DNA of 33,881 bases from Octopus bimaculoides (GCF_001194135.2 NC_068988.1:21346110-21379990), one strand, 5' to 3'; positions 1 through 11,678 are shown, numbered from the stretch's first letter. Numbers and translations are program-made. Notes: generated by a model not told the origin, from the sequence alone.

Positions 1-284
1 AGAGATAACTCGAATGTGGAATCTAAAAACAGAAACAATTCCTATCATAGTAGGTGCCTTAGGTATAATAAAAAAATATTCAGACAAATACATAACAAAA
101 ACACCAGGACTTACAAATATATATAACATACAGAAAATTGCACTACTGGGTACTGCACACATTCTACGCAAAACACTTTCAATACAGTAAACATAAGAGC
201 ACCACAGCAAACCACAGCACATACCCAAGGCGCACAGAGCTGCGCTCGGTAGTGAAGTGAAAGCACGTTATAAAAATAAAACTA

Positions 285-290
<6 letters not shown>
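1..290 (+). mobile_element. 3' end of an R4/Dong-clade non-LTR retrotransposon (end of restriction-like endonuclease domain plus 3' UTR)
   Basis: 2-190 is stop-free: EITRMWNLKTETIPIIVGALG...IQKIALLGTAHILRKTLSIQ*, the typical R4/Dong/Rex6 C-terminus. It is followed by a 100-nt UTR with a GCGCA/TGCGC stem (230-245) and an (AAT)n tract. Runs off the window start. Confidence 0.85.
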
Positions 291-337
<47 letters not shown>

Positions 338-390
338 CAATAATATCAATAATAATGATAATAAAGATGATGATAATAATGATAATAATT
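287..390. repeat. (AAT)n microsatellite, tail or target of the R4-type element
   Basis: Pure, then degenerate, AAT/GAT units. Confidence 0.95.
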
Positions 391-522
391 TCAGCGATAG
401 CTGAGGCATGATTCTAACATCGACATAAAACTCCAAAATTGTGAAAAAACAAAATGGAGGCTGTAATCGATTAAAATGGACCTCCATATCTGTCTGCTAC
501 TTATTTTTGACAACATACGTGA

Positions 523-524
<2 letters not shown>

Positions 525-561
<37 letters not shown>

Positions 562-844
562 CGCGCATATACACACACACGCGCACACAAACGCACACGC
601 ATGCACACTCCCACGCACGCATCCTCCCAAAACACACGCACGCACGCACGCACACGCACGCGCACACACACACACACACACACACTCGCACGTACGCACG
701 CAGTTTATAGTTCTCGAAAGTAATTTAAGAAAACTAAGACTAAATAAAAGGACTTGATACATGATGATGTAGTGTGTGTGTGAGTGCGTGCGTGCGTATG
801 AATGTGTACGTTTGCATGTAAGCGTGTGTAAGTGTATGTTTGTG

Positions 845-875
<31 letters not shown>

Positions 876-1044
876 TTTAATTATTTAATGCCTTACAGTT
901 GTACAAGTATTTCAATACCTTTGAAAATATATTGATGCATTGAAAAATTTGCTCTTGAAAGGTATTAAATTTTTAATGTATACACACACACACACATGCA
1001 TGCATACATAGTACATACATAATGCATACATATATACATATACA

Positions 1045-1116
<72 letters not shown>
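525..1116. repeat. Compound (CA)n/(CACG)n/(TG)n/(TACA)n/(TA)n microsatellites
   Basis: Visible simple repeats; source of the THTH/YIYI pseudo-ORFs. Confidence 0.95.
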
Positions 1117-1778
1117 NNNNNNNNNNNNNNNNNNNNNNNNNNNNNNNNNNNNNNNNNNNNNNNNNNNNNNNNNNNNNNNNNNNNNNNNNNNNNNNNNNNN
1201 NNNNNNNNNNNNNNNNNNNNNNNNNNNNNNNNNNNNNNNNNNNNNNNNNNNNNNNNNNNNNNNNNNNNNNNNNNNNNNNNNNNNNNNNNNNNNNNNNNNN
1301 NNNNNNNNNNNNNNNNNNNNNNNNNNNNNNNNNNNNNNNNNNNNNNNNNNNNNNNNNNNNNNNNNNNNNNNNNNNNNNNNNNNNNNNNNNNNNNNNNNNN
1401 NNNNNNNNNNNNNNNNNNNNNNNNNNNNNNNNNNNNNNNNNNNNNNNNNNNNNNNNNNNNNNNNNNNNNNNNNNNNNNNNNNNNNNNNNNNNNNNNNNNN
1501 NNNNNNNNNNNNNNNNNNNNNNNNNNNNNNNNNNNNNNNNNNNNNNNNNNNNNNNNNNNNNNNNNNNNNNNNNNNNNNNNNNNNNNNNNNNNNNNNNNNN
1601 NNNNNNNNNNNNNNNNNNNNNNNNNNNNNNNNNNNNNNNNNNNNNNNNNNNNNNNNNNNNNNNNNNNNNNNNNNNNNNNNNNNNNNNNNNNNNNNNNNNN
1701 NNNNNNNNNNNNNNNNNNNNNNNNNNNNNNNNNNNNNNNNNNNNNNNNNNNNNNNNNNNNNNNNNNNNNNNNNNNNNN

Positions 1779-1816
<38 letters not shown>

Positions 1817-2204
1817 TGAACACCCATAGTCGATTCTAGGTAAATTGCTATGAAATAATACCGAATTAATATTTTGGTAACACGAGTTTGAAACCTTATC
1901 TTTTTTGCTTTATTTTTAGAATGCAAAATAAATAAGAGAAGAAATTTTTGAACAAGAAAAGAAGTTGGAATTTTGGAACGAAGGTGGAAACGGAAAGAAC
2001 TCATTCGAGGAATGTTCAATGACACTCAAGTAGGTCAGAAATATCGCAGACTTTCCAAATAACATAATTGAGAAATCGAATTTCTTTGTGCAACCATCGT
2101 AGAGAATTTCGGACTTCAGGCGGAACAAGAATCTAACAGAACTACGCTATCATATTGTTGATACTAAATAATATTAATGCCGAGATATAAAATTGAATAT
2201 TACA

Positions 2205-2262
2205 CAATGTGTGTGTATATGATTGCGTGTCTGTAGATATGTGTGTATGTTATATATGTGTA

Positions 2263-2316
<54 letters not shown>

Positions 2317-2389
2317 CGTGTGTGTCTATTTATATAAACAGATGTATGTATTTGCATGTACATATATATTTGTCTATGCATGTATGTGA

Positions 2390-2447
<58 letters not shown>

Positions 2448-2653
2448 CTAGGTATAGATGTGTATGTATATGCATACGCATGTATGTATAGATATATATG
2501 TGCATATATGTATGTATGTATGTATGTATATATCTCTATATATATATCTATCTATATATATATATATATATAAATATATATATATATGCGTATATATGAA
2601 TGTATATGTGTACGTATGAGCGTGTGTACGTGTGTGTACGTGTGCTCACGTGT

Positions 2654-2700
<47 letters not shown>
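2205..2700. repeat. Compound (TG)n/(TA)n/(TATG)n microsatellite block
   Basis: Visible simple repeats. Confidence 0.95.
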
Positions 2701-2704
<4 letters not shown>

Positions 2705-2854
2705 ACTATGTGACTATGTGCTGCGTGCAGAACCAGTAATCCAATGTGTTAACGTAGTTTGTATGCCGGCAAAGTGGCGAACATTTCAATTATAAGAACT
2801 AGATTGAACCAATAAGGAGGCACATCACTGATATAGATTTGTGGAATTTCTTAC

Positions 2855-2913
2855 CTGATTTCTTTCTTAATAGGAAGTTCTGCGACTGACAACATCTGTG
2901 GTCTGAAATTTCT
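2855..2913 (-). CDS. Candidate 59-nt exon of an unidentified host gene
   Basis: Acceptor TTTTCAG| and donor CAG|GTAAGA; two frames open (EISDHRCCQSQNFLLRKKS or RNFRPQMLSVAELPIKKEI). No homology recognised. Confidence 0.25.
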
Positions 2914-3133
2914 CTGAAAATTTGATGCAAACAAAGCGTTTAGCCCAGTGTGTATAAGAAATTATCAATATATAATATCTGTTATGTAGCAAGATGACAA
3001 AATCACATCTTTGATGATAAACTGTGGCTATATTAAGAAGTGTTAGCTGTTCTCACAAACAGACTTGGTACTAATAAATACTTTGGTTCATAGCTGAATA
3101 ATTTTGTTTTTGTTGATAATGGTTAACAATTGG

Positions 3134-3660
3134 GTGCAGATGTGGCTGTTCGGTTAGGAGGCTTGCTTGACAACCAACTGGTCTTGGGTTCAATCCATCT
3201 GCGTGGCACACCTTGGACAGGTGTCTTCTACTGTAAACCCCAGACTGGCCAAAGCCTTGTGAGTAGATTTGGTAGACAGAAACTGAAAGTAGCATGTCAC
3301 ACACACACACACGCACACACGCATATACATTCATACACACACGCATATATATGCATATTTATACATACATACGTACACACATACATTTGTATGTATATGT
3401 GTGTATGTGACTGTGTGTGAATGACTGTGTGTGTGACTGTGTGTGTATGTGTGATTGCGTTTGAGCTATGTTTGTCCCCCCACCACTGTTTGACAACCGA
3501 TGTTGGTTTGTTTACGTCCCTATCACTTAACGGTTCGGCAAAAGAGCCCAATGGAACGAGTGCCGGACTGGAAAAGTAAGTCATGGTCTCGATTTGACGA
3601 AACCTTTTAAAGCGGTGCCACAGTATGGCCACATTCCAATGAATGAAACAAGTGACAGAG
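3134..3660 (+). mobile_element. CORE-like tRNA-derived SINE, full length, with internal (CA)n/(TG)n spacer
   Basis: A-box-like GTGGCTGTTCGG, B-box-like GGTTCAATCC, CORE-like GCACACCTTGGACAGGTGTCTTCTAC, tail AAAGCGGTGCCACAGTATGGCC...TGAAACAAGT. Aligns to other copies in the window. Confidence 0.85.
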
Positions 3661-3848
3661 AAAAGATAGACAGAAAGATAGAGCGGAAGGGAGGGAGGGA
3701 GAGAGAGAAAATAGAGAAAGAGAGAGTGGGAAAGGCAGAGAGAAGTAGAGGGACAGAGAGAGAAAGAGAGAAAGTAGAGAGAGAATGAGTGAAGAAGTTA
3801 GAGAGAGAAGAAGGAAAGTAAAGAGAGAGAGAGAGAGGGGGGGCAGAG
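3655..3848. repeat. GA-rich low-complexity tract
   Basis: Degenerate (GA)n/(GAAA)n. Confidence 0.9.
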
Positions 3849-3917
3849 AGTATATAGTAACGTTTGTGAGCAGATATTTTGGGTGTGTTTGCAGGCGACA
3901 TCATGCCAATAAGAGTT

Positions 3918-4220
3918 TCAAATTTTGGTAACAAAGCCAAAGAATTTTAGGAGGTTGGGCGAGTATTTGTCGATGTCATCGACCTCAGTTCTTCACTGGT
4001 ACTTTACACAAGCCGATTCTTCTTCTTCTTCTTCTTCTTCTTCTTCTTCTTCTTCTTCTTCTTGTCCTCCTCCTCCTCCTCCTCCTCCTCCTTCCCCCTT
4101 CTCCTCTCCTTCTCTCCTACCTTCTCTGGATTGACCTGCAGAGATATGAACTCGGCTAGGTCTTAAAAAAATACCCAAAACACGCCGTAACGTCACGACG
4201 ACGCCCTTACGATTCCATTA
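3918..4220 (-). mobile_element. Diverged Meta-like SINE (tail B) split by a (TCT)n(CCT)n tract
   Basis: 3918-4005 matches the reverse of the tail-B body (TTTCAAATTTTGG...CTGGTACTT); 4133-4220 matches the head (GACCT...TGAACTC...ACGATTC); simple repeat at 4017-4120 between them. Confidence 0.6.
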
Positions 4221-4491
4221 GGAGTTGAGGTCCCGTGGCGAGGAATGCCAAATATATACACATATGCACAACCCTTAAAGTTCACATATAATATCAATAT
4301 AAACATTTCATTTGATCAATATACATTTTATTCAAAGTTACCCAATTGAAATAAAATTACATTAGCATTTTTCAAACATAATTACTTCTCAGTTCATCTC
4401 AAAGCGCCCTTTTGAAATTACATTTCTGTATTTCAGAAATAATTCTCTGATTGTTTTGCTTGCTTGGGATTAAATACTTCAATATTCTCAC

Positions 4492-4574
4492 TTATTTTCA
4501 ACACTTTTAGACATTTCAGAGTTGTTTACCATATCGTCCTCTGTCACCATAGAGTTATTTATTTTGCTTTCCAT
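4492..4574 (-). CDS. Candidate first coding segment of an unidentified host gene
   Basis: ATG in AAAGAAATGG context; MESKINNSMVTEDDMVNNSEMSKSVEN plus 2 nt, then donor |GTGAGA. Upstream acceptor weak; no homology recognised. Confidence 0.2.
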
Positions 4575-5096
4575 TTCTTTAGAGTTTTAACACCCTAGAT
4601 GTTCACCATACATTTGTATGTTTCTATAATCTGATTGTTTCATATTTATTCTTAAACGTGACTTCTACCCTCGTCAAAAATGATAGCGGTTTTAAATATT
4701 AATCAATACTGTTTCCTATGGGGAATTTAGCAGGCGATAATTGTTATTTTTCTAAAAAGAAAATGCCAGAAATATTACACCTATATCACACAACAGAAAT
4801 ATAATGTGGTATACTTCCTGATAATTTCACGAAATGAACAGAGGGCGCTTGACAAAGAAACGATTGAGAGCGACTGGTCTATATTGTTCAAACATTTCGA
4901 TCAGTTGATTATTTTAGAGTTATTTCCTTTGCATTATTATTTTCAGATTTTGAACACACCGCGGGGTAATTCTTTATCTATCAATTGCGTGAATTATCTC
5001 AGATGATCGAAGTCTTTCAACTCTATTACATATGTGAGACTCTACCATATGAGTAGTTATTATGTAGAACTCTCCTCAGAATCATTAGATTCCTGT

Positions 5097-5340
5097 ATTC
5101 TTTTATTCTTTTAGTCTTTTACTTGTTTCAGTCATTTGACTGCAGCCATGCTGGAGCACTGCCTTAAAGGGTTTTTTTTAGTCGAAGAAATCGACCCCAG
5201 GACTTATTCTTTCTAAGCTTAGTACTTATTCTATCGAACTCTTTTGCCGAACTGTTAAGATACAGGGACGTAAACACACCTATATCGGTTGTCAAGCGAT
5301 GGAAGGGGAGCAAACACAGACACGCACACATAAATACACG
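5097..5340 (-). mobile_element. CORE-like SINE, 3' half (5' half in the gap)
   Basis: Reverse of ...GTCCTGGGGTCGATTTCTTCGACTAAA...GCAGTGCTCCAGCATGGCTGCAGTCAAATGACTGAAACAAGTAAAAGA. Confidence 0.9.
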
Positions 5341-6067
5341 CACACACACACACANNNNNNNNNNNNNNNNNNNNNNNNNNNNNNNNNNNNNNNNNNNNNN
5401 NNNNNNNNNNNNNNNNNNNNNNNNNNNNNNNNNNNNNNNNNNNNNNNNNNNNNNNNNNNNNNNNNNNNNNNNNNNNNNNNNNNNNNNNNNNNNNNNNNNN
5501 NNNNNNNNNNNNNNNNNNNNNNNNNNNNNNNNNNNNNNNNNNNNNNNNNNNNNNNNNNNNNNNNNNNNNNNNNNNNNNNNNNNNNNNNNNNNNNNNNNNN
5601 NNNNNNNNNNNNNNNNNNNNNNNNNNNNNNNNNNNNNNNNNNNNNNNNNNNNNNNNNNNNNNNNNNNNNNNNNNNNNNNNNNNNNNNNNNNNNNNNNNNN
5701 NNNNNNNNNNNNNNNNNNNNNNNNNNNNNNNNNNNNNNNNNNNNNNNNNNNNNNNNNNNNNNNNNNNNNNNNNNNNNNNNNNNNNNNNNNNNNNNNNNNN
5801 NNNNNNNNNNNNNNNNNNNNNNNNNNNNNNNNNNNNNNNNNNNNNNNNNNNNNNNNNNNNNNNNNNNNNNNNNNNNNNNNNNNNNNNNNNNNNNNNNNNN
5901 NNNNNNNNNNNNNNNNNNNNNNNNNNNNNNNNNNNNNNNNNNNNNNNNNNNNNNNNNNNNNNNNNNNNNNNNNNNNNNNNNNNNNNNNNNNNNNNNNNNN
6001 NNNNNNNNNNNNNNNNNNNNNNNNNNNNNNNNNNNNNNNNNNNNNNNNNNNNNNNNNNNNNNNNNNN

Positions 6068-6110
<43 letters not shown>

Positions 6111-6487
6111 TATATATATATGTATGCATGTATGTATATGTTTGTGTGCGTGTTTGTGAGTGGGGGTGGGTGAGCACGTGCAGAGGTAGATAAGGAAATT
6201 AATATAATTATATTTATACATATACAGACACGCACATATAGTACACGCACATGAAATATATATATATATAAATGCACGTACACACACACTGAATTTACAG
6301 ACACACACGCACACACACACATACACACATACACATACACACCGTCGAAATTCATTTTGAAGAGACTGAATATATATTCATCATTCCTGATAGCCTCATG
6401 GCGCGATACAACCTGTAACACGGTGTTGAAGACACAAAAAACAACGAGGTAATAATAAACATACTCATGTCTCTGTTACATCCATTC

Positions 6488-6565
6488 ATTCTAAGGATTT
6501 GAACTCACGACTGCCTGGATACGAAACTAATAGCAATGTATGACACCAACGAGCTGCTAACCGAA
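6488..6565 (-). mobile_element. Decayed tRNA-like SINE head
   Basis: Reverse strand has B-box GAGTTCAAATCC; no cloverleaf or CCA. Confidence 0.4.
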
Positions 6566-6593
6566 CCAACAGTCATGGCTAGCTAGTTATTTA

Positions 6594-6608
6594 CCGCCAG
6601 GTGGAGCT
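6594..6608 (+). promoter_or_regulatory. CTCF-like motif
   Basis: CCGCCAGGTGGAGCT versus consensus CC(A/G)CCAGGTGGCGCT: one mismatch. Confidence 0.3.
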
Positions 6609-7620
6609 GAGTGTTACAGTGCCATGATGACGATTCAGCATAATTTTTCATTCTTCATTCCCTTTCCTCCCATCCTTCTTCCTCTGTCACCCCCCCCGGT
6701 GTCCTTCAGCCCTACCCACCAACACTTAGCCCTACTGCTCACATGTTCCCCCTTTCACCACGCACCCGGCCTGACCAGTTGTCTTGCACTCATCACTGAT
6801 CTCTCGCAAACATTTGCCAGTTGCAGTGACTGGTACATATTTGGCACAGAGCCAACTTGCAATCAGTCGCTGTTAAGTTTGCAATCAAGAGCTGGAAAGT
6901 CTCCTATTGTGGTCTTCTTCTNNNNNNNNNNNNNNNNNNNNNNNNNNNNNNNNNNNNNNNNNNNNNNNNNNNNNNNNNNNNNNNNNNNNNNNNNNNNNNN
7001 NNNNNNNNNNNNNNNNNNNNNNNNNNNNNNNNNNNNNNNNNNNNNNNNNNNNNNNNNNNNNNNNNNNNNNNNNNNNNNNNNNNNNNNNNNNNNNNNNNNN
7101 NNNNNNNNNNNNNNNNNNNNNNNNNNNNNNNNNNNNNNNNNNNNNNNNNNNNNNNNNNNNNNNNNNNNNNNNNNNNNNNNNNNNNNNNNNNNNNNNNNNN
7201 NNNNNNNNNNNNNNNNNNNNNNNNNNNNNNNNNNNNNNNNNNNNNNNNNNNNNNNNNNNNNNNNNNNNNNNNNNNNNNNNNNNNNNNNNNNNNNNNNNNN
7301 NNNNNNNNNNNNNNNNNNNNNNNNNNNNNNNNNNNNNNNNNNNNNNNNNNNNNNNNNNNNNNNNNNNNNNNNNNNNNNNNNNNNNNNNNNNNNNNNNNNN
7401 NNNNNNNNNNNNNNNNNNNNNNNNNNNNNNNNNNNNNNNNNNNNNNNNNNNNNNNNNNNNNNNNNNNNNNNNNNNNNNNNNNNNNNNNNNNNNNNNNNNN
7501 NNNNNNNNNNNNNNNNNNNNNNNNNNNNNNNNNNNNNNNNNNNNNNNNNNNNNNNNNNNNNNNNNNNNNNNNNNNNNNNNNNNNNNNNNNNNNNNNNNNN
7601 NNNNNNNNNNNNNNNNNNNN

Positions 7621-7672
<52 letters not shown>

Positions 7673-7774
7673 GTACATACATACTCACCCCCCCTCTCTC
7701 TCTGCCTCTCTCAGACACATCTTCTTGCCACATTCCTTATTGACCGGGATCTAATCACATATTATTAGATCATT

Positions 7775-8160
7775 AGTTGTTATTGCTGTTGCTGCTGTTC
7801 CTGCAGAAGCTGCTGTGTTCGTGATCTTACTACTATTATTACTTCTTGTTGTTGTTGTCATTGCTGCAGTCACTGTAGCTGTTGTTGATGGTATTGTTGC
7901 GGCTGTTGTTTTCGTTGTTGCTGTTGTTGTTTTTGCTTCGCTGCACCTATCGTTGTTCTTGTTATTGGCAGTATTATTTCTAATAGCAATATTATTACTG
8001 CAGATGTTGCTGTTATTACTGCGATTCTTACTGCGATTGTTATTTCTGCTGTTGATGATATTATTGACTCTGTTGTTGTTTCGCTGTTGTTATTATTATT
8101 GTTGTTATTATTGCTGGTGCCCCTGTGTTGTATTATTGTTATTACAACGACTACTGCTGG
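7775..8160. repeat. Degenerate (GTT)/(GCT)/(TTA) low-complexity tract
   Basis: Mixed trinucleotide units; gives poly-L/V and poly-Q/N pseudo-ORFs. Confidence 0.9.
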
Positions 8161-8204
8161 TAATATCATGGCTACTTTCAATTACTTGCTATCTGTGCCA
8201 CTAC

Positions 8205-8245
8205 TTCTCTCTCTGAAGAAGGACATGCTTTCGAAACGTCAAATC
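8205..8245 (+). ncRNA. Degenerate minimal type I hammerhead ribozyme motif (Penelope-like)
   Basis: CTGAAGA (8213-8219), A-GGACATGCTTTC, GAAA (8233-8236), CG, TC (8239-8240). Helix II only 3 bp; helix I mismatched. Confidence 0.45.
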
Positions 8246-8304
8246 AACTTGCTGCTTGTGTAATTTATTTCTATTTACGAGTTTTTATGGATCAACTTTT
8301 GCCA

Positions 8305-8507
8305 ACTTTTATCATTGGAATGCGTCCCTTCCATATGAAATTAAATAAGAGACGCTCCAATCTCTTCAAACAGTAACCGGAGCAAGGCATGGGGGCCAAG
8401 CGATAAATGATGTAAGCATTCGCCACCTTTACCCGACCTTTAAAAGTCAACTTCTCAACCCGTTTCTAGGTAAGACTGGCCACCTTGTTCATCACCTCGT
8501 CCCAGTG
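8305..8507 (-). mobile_element. Tx1/L1-clade LINE ORF2 fragment (region after the RT core)
   Basis: HWDEVMNKVASLT*KRVEKLTFKGRVKVANAYIIYRLAPMPCSGYCLKRLERLLFNFIWKGRIPMI; the VANAYI..YRL motif recurs at ~17490-17530. Confidence 0.8.
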
Positions 8508-8508
8508 A

Positions 8509-8608
8509 CCATAAGAGCATCACAGCAAACCACAGCACATACCCAAGGCACACAGAGCTTCGCTCGGTAGTGAAGTGAAAGCACACTATAGAAATAAAAC
8601 TACTGAAT
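8509..8608 (+). mobile_element. R4/Dong-type 3' UTR only (extreme 5' truncation), followed by (AAT)n to 8657
   Basis: 93/100 identical to 191-290 by manual alignment. Confidence 0.9.
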
Positions 8609-8618
8609 AATGATAATA

Positions 8619-8657
<39 letters not shown>

Positions 8658-9102
8658 GGACTGCAGCAAATATTCTGCTCAATGCCACAGATTTGACCTT
8701 AACCAGTTTAGTATGTCCCTTGGTAACTGAAGATTTGTACATCTCTGATCATGAGAAGCAGTAGTAGGGGAATATCATAACCAAATGTCGAGAGGAATTC
8801 TTTAAGTTTGCATAATTCGCCGCTGGAAACATGGGTGGTTCGCTCAGCATCATTAAGCAGCCCTTATTCAAAAACTTTTTGCGCAGGATGGGCTATTCGA
8901 CCCGAAGAAAATTCTAACTGGGCCCTACCTGCAAGGTCATGCGCTGTTTATCTTGATATGGGATCACCATGTGGTGCACACATGGTTGTGATGCATGTGC
9001 CTGGTGTACCCTTATCAGACGGGTAGACATGATGGGTATATACTGGGCTTCGTATATTTGTATCCCAGTGTCACTTTGATGGCATGCACTGCTCTCTCAC
9101 TC
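8658..9102 (+). mobile_element. Unclassified TAA-tailed retroposon 3' region (probable long LINE 3' UTR), copy 1
   Basis: 8743-9102 aligns at about 85% (by eye) to 17981-18344; ends CTCTCTCACTC-(AAT)n. Confidence 0.75.
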
Positions 9103-9159
<57 letters not shown>

Positions 9160-9487
9160 AATGTGTGAGTTTATGTCTGTATGTGTAATGTAATGTAGTA
9201 GAGTGAAATATTTAGTAATTATGGTAGTTTTAGTAGTCATACATCGTGACTTGGTGCATACGTATTCGGAAGTAAGAAGCAAATAAACAACAGACGAGAA
9301 AACAGAACCAGCTCGAAGCAAATACTTTGGAACCGCTGTTAAACAATCCTGAACAAAATAGTCGCTTGGAGCGGGAGCGGGTTGTGTTTGCTTGCTTGAC
9401 AATTATTCCGATGATAGTTCAGAATATTAAACTTCAAGTCACGATGTATATTTACTAGAAGTACTATACCTACACTCAGTCGCGCTA

Positions 9488-9488
<1 letters not shown>

Positions 9489-9585
<97 letters not shown>

Positions 9586-9610
9586 ATATATATATATATA
9601 TATTTATATA
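9489..9610. repeat. (ATCT)n then (TA)n
   Basis: Pure tetranucleotide array. Confidence 0.97.
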
Positions 9611-10280
9611 NNNNNNNNNNNNNNNNNNNNNNNNNNNNNNNNNNNNNNNNNNNNNNNNNNNNNNNNNNNNNNNNNNNNNNNNNNNNNNNNNNNNNNNNNN
9701 NNNNNNNNNNNNNNNNNNNNNNNNNNNNNNNNNNNNNNNNNNNNNNNNNNNNNNNNNNNNNNNNNNNNNNNNNNNNNNNNNNNNNNNNNNNNNNNNNNNN
9801 NNNNNNNNNNNNNNNNNNNNNNNNNNNNNNNNNNNNNNNNNNNNNNNNNNNNNNNNNNNNNNNNNNNNNNNNNNNNNNNNNNNNNNNNNNNNNNNNNNNN
9901 NNNNNNNNNNNNNNNNNNNNNNNNNNNNNNNNNNNNNNNNNNNNNNNNNNNNNNNNNNNNNNNNNNNNNNNNNNNNNNNNNNNNNNNNNNNNNNNNNNNN
10001 NNNNNNNNNNNNNNNNNNNNNNNNNNNNNNNNNNNNNNNNNNNNNNNNNNNNNNNNNNNNNNNNNNNNNNNNNNNNNNNNNNNNNNNNNNNNNNNNNNNN
10101 NNNNNNNNNNNNNNNNNNNNNNNNNNNNNNNNNNNNNNNNNNNNNNNNNNNNNNNNNNNNNNNNNNNNNNNNNNNNNNNNNNNNNNNNNNNNNNNNNNNN
10201 NNNNNNNNNNNNNNNNNNNNNNNNNNNNNNNNNNNNNNNNNNNNNNNNNNNNNNNNNNNNNNNNNNNNNNNNNNNNNNNN

Positions 10281-10336
<56 letters not shown>

Positions 10337-10656
10337 AATATAAATTATATTCTAGATCTTTCTGTTGTCGTTTATGGAAGTAAATATTATTTTCTTTCGT
10401 AGATGTTCTCTGCCGCTGTCAACAAGTCTTGTCAACTTGTATTCTTCGTTTATTGTTGTTTAATCGACGAATATGAACACTTTCTTTGCTTCATTGGAGG
10501 TGTTGTCACACAATTGAATTTAACACCAAACAACAGGAAATGATAAAATAAATAAGAAAAAATAAAAAGAAAACACAGTGTTGAAGTCACACGAAACGTC
10601 ATGTTAAAAATATTGATAAAAATTTATTATTAAGAAATTATTACTAATATTATTGA

Positions 10657-10750
<94 letters not shown>

Positions 10751-10760
10751 GTTATTATTT
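10657..10760. repeat. (CTA)n-(TTA)n compound microsatellite
   Basis: Visible. Confidence 0.97.
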
Positions 10761-11541
10761 GTGTTTTGGCCTTAACAGACGTGCTTGCTTAATCTTCTAC
10801 GTGTTTTCGAATTTACTACGTTTGTACTAGATGGGGAAAAAATTTCTCCTAGGATATTTTGCCGATAAGAAGACTGGAATATTTTTCTGTCCATCCCGTT
10901 CACCTTGAACATGTTTATATTTTCATATTCTGTAAACAGTTTTTAGTAGAATTATAAAAAACAATTTCAGCTTATCAAGGAGCAGTAAAAGTGCTCGTCA
11001 GAGTGGTTGCAGCACTCGTGTAAACAGATAGAAAACTATAAGAATATTAATACAGATTAGAAAAGGCAAAACAAGCAAATAACGCCCTCCTACTAATGGC
11101 AAACAAAGACAGCAAACAATATAAACAATATAAACAAGAAAATAATGAATCTTTAAAAAACAAAAGGAGAATGAAAATGTTTCTCAAGCGGGGCAAACCA
11201 CAAAGAATGCCCGATGGTAAGTTAACTAAAACAAAAAACAAAAGAAGAGAAAACGGCAGATGTTTGTTACAAGCGGTAATGCTTCCTTGCCTGTGTAATG
11301 CATACAGGAACTGTGAAAATGACAGCAACGTTCTTGTGAATTGCTAAAAAACGGAGAAAATTTCGAAAACAACAAGTGCAGGAAGATGTGTAAAGATGTA
11401 AAAGATGTGATTTCCAATAACTTGAGGTAAAATATTTGGTAATAGTTGTCTGGTTTTTACTGCAAAGGACGAGGCAAAATGACAAGCTGGTTTGGTGTAT
11501 CACACCCCTGGACACAGATCCGTAGTCCAACACTTGCACCA

Positions 11542-11678
11542 GTTCCGCCGAGGTTGACTTTACCTTCCATCTTTTCGGGGTGGATAAATTATGTACTAGT
11601 GAAATACTGGGGTCGACGTAATCGACTAGTTCCCTCCCCCAAAATTTCAGGCCTAGTGCCGATAGTAGAAAGGATATT
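11542..11678 (+). mobile_element. Meta-like SINE, 5' truncated, tail A
   Basis: TTCCGCCGAGGTTGACTTTACCTTCCATCTTTTCGGGG...CTGGGGTCGACGTAATCGACT...GTGCCGATAGTAGAAAGGAT. Confidence 0.9.

Noticed and set aside
1920-2035. Purine-rich stretch IREEIFEQEKKLEFWNEGGNGKNSFEECSMTLK after TTTTAG
   Set aside because: All three frames have stops from the plausible acceptor; no homology recognised.
10403-10545. Acceptor-like TTTCGTAG followed by a 46-aa ORF (MFSAAVNKSCQ...)
   Set aside because: No strong donor and no recognisable domain.
10577-10604. Second GAAACGTC (TTGAAGTCACACGAAACGTC) as a hammerhead
   Set aside because: CUGANGA box broken at two positions, no helix II or helix I.
10965-11005. Minus-strand CTGACGA with GAGCA/TGCTC hairpin as a hammerhead
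   Set aside because: GAAA does not follow the stem; spacing is incompatible.
11056-11216. Plus-strand exon with perfect donor G|GTAAGT (LEKAKQANNALL...RMPD)
   Set aside because: Acceptor lacks a pyrimidine tract, the ORF is explained by A-rich composition and no homology is seen; unresolved without RNA data.
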